A stretch of DNA of 64,000 nt from Acidobacteriota bacterium (GTDB taxonomy: Bacteria > Acidobacteriota > UBA4820 > DSQY01): NCBI GenBank assembly GCA_049967655.1, contig JBMFSH010000010.1, forward strand, positions 1-64,000, read 5' to 3'. Below the pieces are notes generated by a model. That model was not told the origin of the DNA and searched no databases. It saw only the letters and a program-made list of their open reading frames with translations. The position numbers and the translations under genes are program-made. This document shows positions 27,296-37,872 of the stretch, piece after piece (the first letter of the stretch is position 1; the number at the start of each line of letters is the position of its first letter).

Positions 27296-27738
27296 GGCTT
27301 CCGCACCTCCCGACGGGCCCCGGGTGGCACCCCGAGGCATTCCGGTGTCATCTTATCTCCGGTAAGAATGGACCGTCCAGGATTCGCGCTGGCGCCGCGC
27401 CGGGGGAGTGAAAGGGTCCGTGGGCTCGCGAATCCTCGCCAGGGGGGCGGAATCGGGGAGGGAGCGTGCAGCTCGTAACGAATCTCTTCTCGGACGTTTC
27501 GCTGGCCCAGCTCGCTGGCCGCTCCTTTCATCGAGGCTGGAGCTGAGCCGCGCAAGCAAGTGGCAGCAGCTCAAGGAGACGCAGGACGCGAGATGCAAGA
27601 CGCAAAGGCGCGCTCCCTTCCCGGTCCCATAGTGCCCCAGTCCCCCAGTCACACGCCTGCGAAATTCCCCTTCCGCCGTCCCTCTGCTATCCTATCGCGC
27701 GGCTCGCGTGGGCGGGCCGCCCTCTGGGAGCCGACGCC

Positions 27739-30015
<2,277 letters not shown>

Positions 30016-30112
30016 GCGCCCCCATGCACCACGGCGCCGGGATGCGCCCTCCTCCGCTCCGCCCCGGAAGAGGTCCGCTCAAGAGCGGGCCGAACCCGTA
30101 TTGGACCCAGGT

Positions 30113-30172
30113 GATAATGGATGATGGATGATCGATTAGCAGCGACCATCCTTTCACTTTTTACTTTTCACT
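30113..30172. repeat. Bipartite heptamer array (GATRATN-type units followed by TTTCACT-type units)
   Basis: GATAATG GATGATG GATGATC GATTAGC ... TTTCACT TTTTACT TTTCACT. Confidence 0.6.
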
Positions 30173-30245
30173 TCTATCCCCTCCCTTCCAGCGCCCATTG
30201 TGCATCGAGCCCCATGCGAGGATACTGCAACCATTGGAGGGACGC

Positions 30246-31133
30246 ATGCGCAGCGGCTTCGTGGCGGTGGTGGGGCGGACTAACGTGGGCAAGTCCACCC
30301 TGGTGAACGGCCTGGTGGGTGAGAAGGTGGCCATCGTGACCCCCAAGCCCCAGACCACGCGAAACGTCATTCGCGGCATACTGAACGAGGCGCGGGGACA
30401 GGTGGTCTTCCTCGACACCCCGGGGCTCCACAAGCCTCGCACGAGGATGAACCAGACCATGGTGCGGCAAGCGCTGGAATCGGTGGAGGGGGTGGACGCC
30501 GTCCTCTGGATGGTTGATGCCTTGCATCCCTGGCAGGCCGAGGAGGAGCGGCTGGCCGCCCACCTGGGCGAGGCCGGCCGGCCGACGGTCGTGGCCGTGA
30601 ACAAGATCGACACCCTCGGCTCGAGAGAATCCGTGCTCCCCGTCCTGTCGGACCTGGCCGCGCGCCTGCCGGGATGCACGCTCTATCCGCTGAGCGCGCT
30701 GGATCCCTCGCACTTCCCCGGCTTGCTGGATCTCCTCTTTCCGCTGCTGCCCGAAGGGGAGCCGCTCTTCCCCTCCGAGCTCTACACCGACCAGCCGGAG
30801 AGGCAGCTCGTGGCGGAGGTGGTCCGGGAGCACGTCTTCTCCCACACCTTCCAGGAGGTGCCCCACTGCGTGGGGGTGCTGGTGGAGAGCTTCGAGGAGG
30901 CGGCCCAAGAGGGGGGCAAGGTGACCCTCCACTGCGCCATTCTGGTGGAGCGAGAGAGCCAGAAGCCCATCCTCATCGGCAAGGGGGGACAGAACCTCAA
31001 GGCCATCGGCATGGGTGCGCGCAAGGAGCTCCAGCGCATCCTTGGCTGCGGCGTGGAGCTGAGGCTCTTCGTGAAGGTCAGGCCCGACTGGCGGGAGGAC
31101 GCCTCCATCCTCCGCGAAATGGGACTGGCGTGA
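30246..31133 (+). CDS. era: GTPase Era
   Basis: GRTNVGKST, PQTTR, DTPG, NKID, KH domain IGKGG; GGAGG RBS before ATG 30246. Confidence 0.96.
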   Translation: MRSGFVAVVGRTNVGKSTLVNGLVGEKVAIVTPKPQTTRNVIRGILNEARGQVVFLDTPGLHKPRTRMNQTMVRQALESVEGVDAVLWMVDALHPWQAEEERLAAHLGEAGRPTVVAVNKIDTLGSRESVLPVLSDLAARLPGCTLYPLSALDPSHFPGLLDLLFPLLPEGEPLFPSELYTDQPERQLVAEVVREHVFSHTFQEVPHCVGVLVESFEEAAQEGGKVTLHCAILVERESQKPILIGKGGQNLKAIGMGARKELQRILGCGVELRLFVKVRPDWREDASILREMGLA

Positions 31134-31185
31134 GAATGGACGCTGGGAGACGACGAAGCAGGGAAGCAGGGCGAAGAGAACCGAA

Positions 31186-31229
31186 GGCACGGCGGGCTGC
31201 CCTCGAAGACGAGGCAGGCCCACCGTGCC
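31186..31229. terminator. Stem-loop between the convergent era and cytochrome c genes
   Basis: GGCACGG...CTCG-AAGA-CGAG...CCGTGCC imperfect hairpin. Confidence 0.45.
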
Positions 31230-31261
31230 GTTGAGCGGTTGCGGCTTTCCGCTTAGTGGCC

Positions 31262-31696
31262 CTATTTTTCCTGACCCAACTTGCGGATGATGTCCTTGAG
31301 GGCCACCACCACCCCGGGCTTGTCCTTCAGGTCAGGGTTGGGGGCCATGGCCGCGCTCTTGCCCACGGCCGTACCGCCCTCCACGATGGCCTTCTCGATG
31401 GTTGCGTCCGAGGTGGCCTTCTGCCAGGCCTGGTTGTGGTAGTCCTGGGGCTTGGGGTTCAGGGCCACCGAGGCGGGTCCGTTCCCGCGTCCCTCCTGCC
31501 CGTGACAGACCGCGCAACGCGTCTTGAAGATCTGGAGGGCCTCCGTGCGGTCCGCCGCCGTCACCGCCGCGCCGGAGGACGATCCACGGGCGGGGGAGGC
31601 CGATGCCCGGGAGCCTCCGCAGATGATCAGCACGAAAAGAGAGATGGCGGCAGCCACCGCCGCCGTTGTGATCCTCGCGCTGGAAGATGTTCGCAT
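31262..31696 (-). CDS. Periplasmic monoheme cytochrome c
   Basis: Signal/TM segment, CAVCH heme motif, distal Met (AAMAP); AAGGAGG RBS. Confidence 0.9.
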   Translation of the reverse strand: MRTSSSARITTAAVAAAISLFVLIICGGSRASASPARGSSSGAAVTAADRTEALQIFKTRCAVCHGQEGRGNGPASVALNPKPQDYHNQAWQKATSDATIEKAIVEGGTAVGKSAAMAPNPDLKDKPGVVVALKDIIRKLGQEK

Positions 31697-31929
31697 TCAA
31701 GTCCTCCTTAAACAGTCGTCAGAACTCGGATGGCCGCCTGAACCAGGAACAAACGGGCGGCGGAACTCGGGAAGCTCACCGGCACCGCCTTTCGGAAGCG
31801 ATGGCTGGAGCAGGTCCGCGTTGCCCTTGGGGGCGCAACGCCTATTCTCACTCAGAGAACAACCCTCTTAGGGGCACGATTATGCCCGCCGCGCTTGCCA
31901 AGGCGGCGGGAGGCCGTCCCGCCGCCGCC

Positions 31930-33186
31930 CTACGGAATCTCCACGGCCACCGGGCAGTACCGCTCCGGAGGCTGATCCGGGGTGATGAGCGGCGTGGCGC
32001 TGAGCCGAGGGAGGAAGCCGGCCAGGCGGCCCAACAGCACGAATTCGCCGACCTGGAGGTAGGAACATCCCTGGCGATCGCGGTGGGAGGATTCGGGACG
32101 CAGATAGGCCTGAACCACGGTATCGCCCCTGAGCAGGCCGTTCTGGACCGCCTCTAGCCACCGCTCGGGCGGAGTGAACCCTCCGGCCAGGACGCCCGAG
32201 CCCTCGTAGCCGCGGGCGGGCTTCAGGATGAACTCCTCGGGCCGCCCGAGGACGAGGCTCTCCATCTCCGCCACCTTGCCGTTGAACTCCGTCTCCCCCC
32301 TCGCCAGCAGGCGCGTCCAAGGAACGGTGGCGGCCAGGCTGGCGCGCACCCTGTCCGGATAGAGATGAGCGAAGGCCGGGTCCGAGAGCAGCACGAAGAG
32401 GGTCTTGCTCCAGGCGGGGTCGGTGCGGAACCCGCCCACGAAGCAGGCGGCGTCGCCGAGGTAGGCGTCAAGGAAGGGTCGCACCTGGTCCGCGCGGGCG
32501 AAGAGCTCCTCGCTCACGACGCGCCGGTAGACCAAGTCGATGGAGCCCGAGCGGCCCGCCAGCCGTCCATCCCTGACGCTCAGGCCCCGTGGGTCTTCGA
32601 GGGCGGCGGTAAAACCGCTCTCCGTGAAGAAGGCGGCCAGGGCCTCCTGCTCGGGGCGGGTCCCCACCTCCTCCCAGTCCACGATGGCGATGCGCGGCTT
32701 TTCGATGCCGCGCCGGTCCCACTGCCGGAAGCAGGAGAGGAGGGTCCGCAGCAGCTTCTCCTGAAGCGGCGCCTGTTCCGGGCTCCGGCCCGTCTCCCTG
32801 CGCCAGAGGGCGGAGAGGGCGGCGGCGTAGTGCCAGCCCGCCGTGCCGTCGGTGTTGAACTCCATGAAGTGGGGACCGTCCGGGAAGAGAAAGGAGTCCA
32901 TGCGGCCGAGCGGAATGGCCGGCTGGTAGCCGGGCTCCTTGAGAATGCACTCCGTTTGCAGCGAGCCGTAGCCGAACAGCTCCCGGAGACTGGCGGTTTG
33001 GACAAAGGCCTCGGAGACGATCTCCGCCGCCCGCCAGAGCTGTTTCACGGCCTCGGTCAGGGTTCCCAGCGCCTCGCCGTCGATGTCAAAGGGAGCGCGG
33101 CTCACGGGCAGAGGACGGCCGCGGAAGGCGATCCCATTCTCTATCAGGAGTTCATCAGACCAGGGGTTGTCGAAGGATGAGGCCAT
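31930..33186 (-). CDS. Circularly permuted ATP-grasp / glutathionylspermidine-synthase-like ligase
   Basis: GRMD...FMEFNTD, IDLVYRR, ILKPARGYEGSGV..G, VVQAY. Confidence 0.75.
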   Translation of the reverse strand: MASSFDNPWSDELLIENGIAFRGRPLPVSRAPFDIDGEALGTLTEAVKQLWRAAEIVSEAFVQTASLRELFGYGSLQTECILKEPGYQPAIPLGRMDSFLFPDGPHFMEFNTDGTAGWHYAAALSALWRRETGRSPEQAPLQEKLLRTLLSCFRQWDRRGIEKPRIAIVDWEEVGTRPEQEALAAFFTESGFTAALEDPRGLSVRDGRLAGRSGSIDLVYRRVVSEELFARADQVRPFLDAYLGDAACFVGGFRTDPAWSKTLFVLLSDPAFAHLYPDRVRASLAATVPWTRLLARGETEFNGKVAEMESLVLGRPEEFILKPARGYEGSGVLAGGFTPPERWLEAVQNGLLRGDTVVQAYLRPESSHRDRQGCSYLQVGEFVLLGRLAGFLPRLSATPLITPDQPPERYCPVAVEIP

Positions 33187-33314
33187 CGCGCCTCCGGAGG
33201 GCCGCTCGCGCCACGCAGCCGTATACCACGTTTGCCCCGTTCGCGTCCACGTCGCCGCGGTGCCAGAGATAAGGTGACTCGGGCCGAGGCAGCTGGAGAT
33301 CCGGCGGAACGCTG

Positions 33315-33557
33315 ATGGATGGGACGATCACGAGCACAACGCGCGAGCTGCAGGTAGTGCGCCTGGGAATCCTCTCCTGGGCACACTTCATGAACGACGG
33401 CTGCATCAACTACCTGCCGGGCATCCTCCCGCTTCTCCTGGAGCATTTGAAGGCGCCGCTGTCGCTGGCCAGCGCGGCGGGTCGGGGACGGGAGGCTTCC
33501 CAAACCGGCCGCCTAGGGCGGGAGCCGGCTCAAGGGACCGGCGTCAGTTGGAGATGA
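33315..33557 (+). pseudogene. Truncated N-terminal fragment of an Fsr-type MFS transporter
   Basis: LGILSWAHFMNDGCINYLPGILPLL resembles the first MFS helix; the reading then degenerates into GC-rich non-hydrophobic sequence and runs into the SDR 3' end. Confidence 0.6.
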
Positions 33558-34263
33558 GTTGGTACAGGCCGCCGGGGGTGACGGCCGAGAGGAGGGCCAG
33601 CAGCACCCAGCGGCGCGGTACATAGGCCACCTTCTGCTTCCGCTGGATGGCCCGGTAAATGCCCCGTGCCGCGGCGTCCGGCTGCACCACCCAGAACATG
33701 CCCTTGGCTCCCTTCGTCATGGCCGTGTGGACCCAGCCCGGCCGCACGTCGGTGACGGGGATGCCGAAGCGTGACAGGTTGAACCGCAGCCCCTCCAGGT
33801 AGTGGGACACGAAGGCCTTGGAGGCGTTGTAGGCCGGTACGGCGGCGCTGCCCCTCAGGGCCGCGATGGAGGAGATGCCGACGATGTGGCCGTGCTTCTG
33901 CTGATAGAAGAGACGCGCCGCCCATGAGGCGCAGGCGGTGAAGCCCAGGACGTTGGTCATCACGGTCTGGCGGTCGGGCTCCCAGGCGAGCTTGCGGTTG
34001 TGGGGGCTCACGCCCGCGTTGATGACCATGCAGTCCAGGCCGCCGAGCTCGGCGACGAGCGCGTCGAGGTGGGCCGGGAGGTTCTCTGAATCCGTCACGT
34101 CGGCCGCACGGACCTTCACGGTGGGGCCCAGCTCCTCGGCCAGGGCGTTCAGAGCCGCCTGGTTTCGGGCCAGGAGGCCCAGCGTCCAGCCGTCTTTCGC
34201 CATGAGCTTGGCCAACTCTCGGCCCAGACCCGCGCTGGCTCCTGTGATGATCGCTTTGGGCAT
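33544..34263 (-). CDS. Short-chain dehydrogenase/reductase
   Basis: ITGASAGLG, INAG, SS, YNASK. Confidence 0.93.
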   Translation of the reverse strand: MPKAIITGASAGLGRELAKLMAKDGWTLGLLARNQAALNALAEELGPTVKVRAADVTDSENLPAHLDALVAELGGLDCMVINAGVSPHNRKLAWEPDRQTVMTNVLGFTACASWAARLFYQQKHGHIVGISSIAALRGSAAVPAYNASKAFVSHYLEGLRFNLSRFGIPVTDVRPGWVHTAMTKGAKGMFWVVQPDAAARGIYRAIQRKQKVAYVPRRWVLLALLSAVTPGGLYQLISN

Positions 34264-34281
34264 GGCTTCCTCCCTACGTGA

Positions 34282-35358
34282 TTACCCTACCCTTAACGGC
34301 ATGCCCTGGACCATGGCTCGGCGGGCGGTGGCTTCGAGGACTCGGACGGCCTGGACCAGCGGCCCGAAGCGGGGGTCCTGGGTCTGGCCGTGGTAGAAGC
34401 GGTAGTAGATCTGCTGGGCGATGCCGGCGAGGCGGAAGAGGCCGTAGATGTAGTAGAAGGTGGCGTCCTCGACGGCCAGGCCCGCGCCGTCGAGGTAGAG
34501 GGCGACCACCTCGCGCCGGGTGAGGGCGCCGGGGAGCGTGGTGGGCTCGACCCGGATGGCGCGCAGCTCGGGGGGGTCGTCCGCCTGAACCCAATAGGCG
34601 AGGGAGGCGCCCAGGTCCATGAGGGGATCGCCGATGGCGGCCATCTCCCAGTCCAGCACGCCGATGATGCGCGTGGGGTCGAGGGGATCGAGGACCACGT
34701 TGTCCAGGCGGAAGTCGTTGTGGACCAGGGCGGCGCCCCGCTCGGGCGGTCTCCGGGCCTCCAGCCAGGCCATTACCTCCTCGAAATCGGGCGCATCGGG
34801 GGTGCGCGCGTCGCGGTAGCGGCGGCTCCAGCCGGCGATCTGCCGCTCCACGTAGCCCTGGGGCTTGCCGAACTCCTCCAAGCCGAGGGAGCGGTAGTCG
34901 AGGGCGTGCAGGGCCCGGTGGGCCTGCACGAGGCGCTCGCAGAGGGTGCGCACGGCCCCGGCGGAGAGGCCCAGCCCCTCGGGCAGGTCGCGGCGGAGAA
35001 TCAGGCCGCGGAGGCGCCGCATGATGAAGAAGGGCGCTCCCAGCACGGAGAGATCGTCGCAGTAGAGGAGGGGCTCGGGGGCGTAGGGATAATGTCCCGA
35101 AAGGGCGCTCAGGACGGTCCACTCGCGGTGCATGTCGTGGCCGGTCTTGGGGATCTTGCCGAAGGGCGGCCGGCGCAGGACAAACTCCTCGCCGCCCATC
35201 CGGAGGAGGTAGGTGAGGTTGGAGTGGCCGGAGGGGAACTGGGTGACCCCCAGCTCCCCCGTCAGCGCCGGAATCCGACCCCGAAGGTAGCCGGCCAGGC
35301 GGGCCGCGTCGAGCTCCTCGCCGGGCCTCGGCGGACGGGTGCTATCCTCGAAAGACAT
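34282..35358 (-). CDS. APH-family phosphotransferase (ACAD10/11 N-terminal / LvaA-like)
   Basis: GHSNLTY, VLRRPP, HDMHRE, HNDFRLDN, LDWEM..IGDPLMDL. Confidence 0.9.
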   Translation of the reverse strand: MSFEDSTRPPRPGEELDAARLAGYLRGRIPALTGELGVTQFPSGHSNLTYLLRMGGEEFVLRRPPFGKIPKTGHDMHREWTVLSALSGHYPYAPEPLLYCDDLSVLGAPFFIMRRLRGLILRRDLPEGLGLSAGAVRTLCERLVQAHRALHALDYRSLGLEEFGKPQGYVERQIAGWSRRYRDARTPDAPDFEEVMAWLEARRPPERGAALVHNDFRLDNVVLDPLDPTRIIGVLDWEMAAIGDPLMDLGASLAYWVQADDPPELRAIRVEPTTLPGALTRREVVALYLDGAGLAVEDATFYYIYGLFRLAGIAQQIYYRFYHGQTQDPRFGPLVQAVRVLEATARRAMVQGMPLRVG

Positions 35359-36577
35359 CCAACCCTCCTTCGCCGGCGCGGTGCGTCTCCCGGTACGGCT
35401 TCAGGATCCGGTGGGCCAGGGAGAGCTTGTGGACCTCGTCGGCGCCGTCGTAGATGCGGGCGGCCCGCTCGTGCCGGTAGAAAAAGGCGATGACCGTATC
35501 GTCCGTCATGCCCAGGCCGCCGAAGAGCTGGAGCGCCCGGTCCACGACGTGCTGCATCACGTTCGCCACGACGAACTTGACCATGGAGATCTCTTCCCGG
35601 GCCTCCTTCCAGCCCAGGCTCTCCACCTTCCAGGCGGTCTGGAGGGTGAGGGCACGGGCGGCTTCGATCTCCGCGGCGCTCTCGGCGATCCAGGCCTGCA
35701 CGATCTCCTTGTCCGCGAGCACCTGCCCTGGGGCGATGGGGCGGGTCACGGCCCGCTTGCACATGAGGTCGAAGGCCCGCCGGCAAACCCCGAGCCAGCG
35801 CATGGCGTGGTGGATCCTCCCGGGGCCGAGGCGCTCCTGGGCGATGCGGAAGCCGTCGCCCTCGGGCCCCAGCAGGTTGGAGCGGGGCACGCGGCAGGAA
35901 TGGTAGAGGATCTCGGCGTGGCTGAAGGGCCCCGAGCCGGAGTGGCCCATGACGGCGATGTTGCGCACCAAATCGAAGCCGGGGGTGTCGGTGGGCACGA
36001 TGATCATGCTGGCCCGCCGGTAGGGAGCCGCCTCGGGATCGGTGACGGCCATGACGATGGCGAAGGCCGCCCCGTCAGCCGCCGTGGTGTACCACTTCTG
36101 GCCGTTGATGACGTAGTCCTCTCCCTCCTTCTGCGCCGTCGTATCCATCATGACGGGGTTGGAGCCAGGCAGCTCGACCTCGGTCATGGAGAAGCAGCTC
36201 CGGATCTCGCCCCGCACCAGGGGCCCCAGCCAGCGCTCCTTCTGTTCGGGGGTTCCGTGGTCGTGCAGGATCTCGATGTTGCCCGCGTCGGGTGCCTGAC
36301 AGCCGAAGAGGTAGTGGCCGAGGGGACTCTGGCCGAGGACCTCGGAGACGAGGGCGAAGTCCGTCAGCGGCAGTTCCATCCCGCCGTACTCCTTGGGCTG
36401 GGCGGGCGCCCAGAGGCCCATCTGCCGCACCTTCCGCCGGAGCCCCTCGGCCTCGCCCTCGATGGCCGGGAAGCCCCGGCTGAGGAAGGCGCGCTCCAGC
36501 GGGAAGACCTCCCGCTCCATGAACTGCTGCATGAGCTGGATCATGGCCCTGGTCTGCTCGCTCACCGTGAAATCCAT
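35342..36577 (-). CDS. Acyl-CoA dehydrogenase (ACAD11/LvaC-like)
   Basis: CQAPDAGNIEIL, RSCFSMTE, AQERLGPGRIHHAMR, RIYDGADEVH; RBS before ATG 36577. Confidence 0.92.
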   Translation of the reverse strand: MDFTVSEQTRAMIQLMQQFMEREVFPLERAFLSRGFPAIEGEAEGLRRKVRQMGLWAPAQPKEYGGMELPLTDFALVSEVLGQSPLGHYLFGCQAPDAGNIEILHDHGTPEQKERWLGPLVRGEIRSCFSMTEVELPGSNPVMMDTTAQKEGEDYVINGQKWYTTAADGAAFAIVMAVTDPEAAPYRRASMIIVPTDTPGFDLVRNIAVMGHSGSGPFSHAEILYHSCRVPRSNLLGPEGDGFRIAQERLGPGRIHHAMRWLGVCRRAFDLMCKRAVTRPIAPGQVLADKEIVQAWIAESAAEIEAARALTLQTAWKVESLGWKEAREEISMVKFVVANVMQHVVDRALQLFGGLGMTDDTVIAFFYRHERAARIYDGADEVHKLSLAHRILKPYRETHRAGEGGLDVFRG

Positions 36578-36684
36578 CCTCGCCTCCCCTCGCGTGAATC
36601 CGCGGTCCTTGGTGCGACTCCCATGGTAGGGCCTGAGGCGGCCCGGGTCAAAGGCAGCCGCGAGAGTATCGGCTGGCTGTCGGG

Positions 36685-37806
36685 TCAGGAGAGGCCGAAT
36701 TCGCGGAGGACGGCGTCGGTGTGCTCGCCCAAGGCCGGAGCGGGGAAGGGGGGCGTGGCTCCCAGCGAGGCCAGCAGCGGTCCCGGCGTCCGAAGGCTGC
36801 CGCCGCCGGGGGCGGGCGTCGCCTCGAAGAAGGGGGCCAGAGGCGAGGCTCCCGAGGCGGCCTCGTCGAGGCCGTTCACGGCGGAGAGCGGGAGGGCCCG
36901 CTCGATGGCCTCCTCCAGCCAGTGGGCCGAGGGTTCCCGGTCCATGGCCTGCTGAATGCGCTCGGCGGCGGCCCGCCCCTCGGGGCCGGGGTCGAGCCCC
37001 GCGCCCGCCAGTTCGGGCAGCCCGACCAGGTCGAGGAAGCCGGTCCAGAATTTCGGTTCGAGCGCGCAGAGGGCGACGCTCCGCCCGTCGGCGCACCGGT
37101 AGCAGCGGTAGGCGGGGAGGGCTCCCTCCGACAGGTGCTCCCAGAGCCCGCCTCCGCCCGCCGCGGCCTCGGCCATGGGCCAGAGGAGAAAGGGGAGGGG
37201 AGCCAGGGCGAGGGGCTGGTCCAGGAAGGCTCCGCGGCCCGTCCTGGCCCTCCCGAGCAGGGCCGCCAGCACGGCCGAGGCGGCCAGCAGGCCTCCGCCC
37301 ACGTCGGCGAGCGGGACCGGCAGGGGCCGCGTTTCGCCGGAGGAGGCGAGGGCCCCGGCTAGCGCCGCGAAGTTGAGGTCGTGGCCCACGCCACCCGAGT
37401 GCGGGCCGGAGGCGCCGAAGCTGCTCATGGAGCAGACCACGAGTGCGGGGTTGACCGAGGCGAGCCGGTCGTACCCCACGCCCCACCTCTCCATGGTGCC
37501 CGGCCGGAAGCTCTCCGCGAGCACGTCGGCGTGTTTGGCCAGGGCGCGGAGCCGGGCCGCATCGACCGGATCTTTCAGATTCAGGCAGATGGACTGGGCG
37601 CCGCGGTAGAGCGCCGCGAAGCCGGCCCCGACGCCGTTCACGAGCGGAGGGGTGGCGCGCAGAAGGTCGCCGCCGGCGGGCTCCTCCACCTTGATGACGC
37701 GCGCCCCGAGATCCAGCAGCATCCTCGCCAGGACGCCTCCCGGCAGCATGCGCGTGCAATCCAGCACCAGCGTTCCATCCAACGGCGGGGAAGGGGGGGT
37801 CTTCAC
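36685..37806 (-). CDS. CaiB/BaiF family III CoA-transferase (AMACR-like)
   Basis: RMLPG...DLGARVIKVE, ESFRPG, GHDLNF, LADVGGG, ALEPKFW, LGEHT. Confidence 0.92.
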   Translation of the reverse strand: MKTPPSPPLDGTLVLDCTRMLPGGVLARMLLDLGARVIKVEEPAGGDLLRATPPLVNGVGAGFAALYRGAQSICLNLKDPVDAARLRALAKHADVLAESFRPGTMERWGVGYDRLASVNPALVVCSMSSFGASGPHSGGVGHDLNFAALAGALASSGETRPLPVPLADVGGGLLAASAVLAALLGRARTGRGAFLDQPLALAPLPFLLWPMAEAAAGGGGLWEHLSEGALPAYRCYRCADGRSVALCALEPKFWTGFLDLVGLPELAGAGLDPGPEGRAAAERIQQAMDREPSAHWLEEAIERALPLSAVNGLDEAASGASPLAPFFEATPAPGGGSLRTPGPLLASLGATPPFPAPALGEHTDAVLREFGLS

Positions 37807-37872
37807 GGCTCCTCCTGGTCAACGGTCAAGGGCGGCGGCAGGCCCATCGCCCCGGCGCCCTCAAGCCGGTCC

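Noticed and set aside
36578..37822. Apparent 826-aa ACAD with a long N-terminal extension (possible CaiB-ACAD fusion or frameshift)
   Set aside because: The extension is an Arg/Gly/Pro-rich alternate frame over the CaiB gene; ACAD has its own RBS and ATG at 36577
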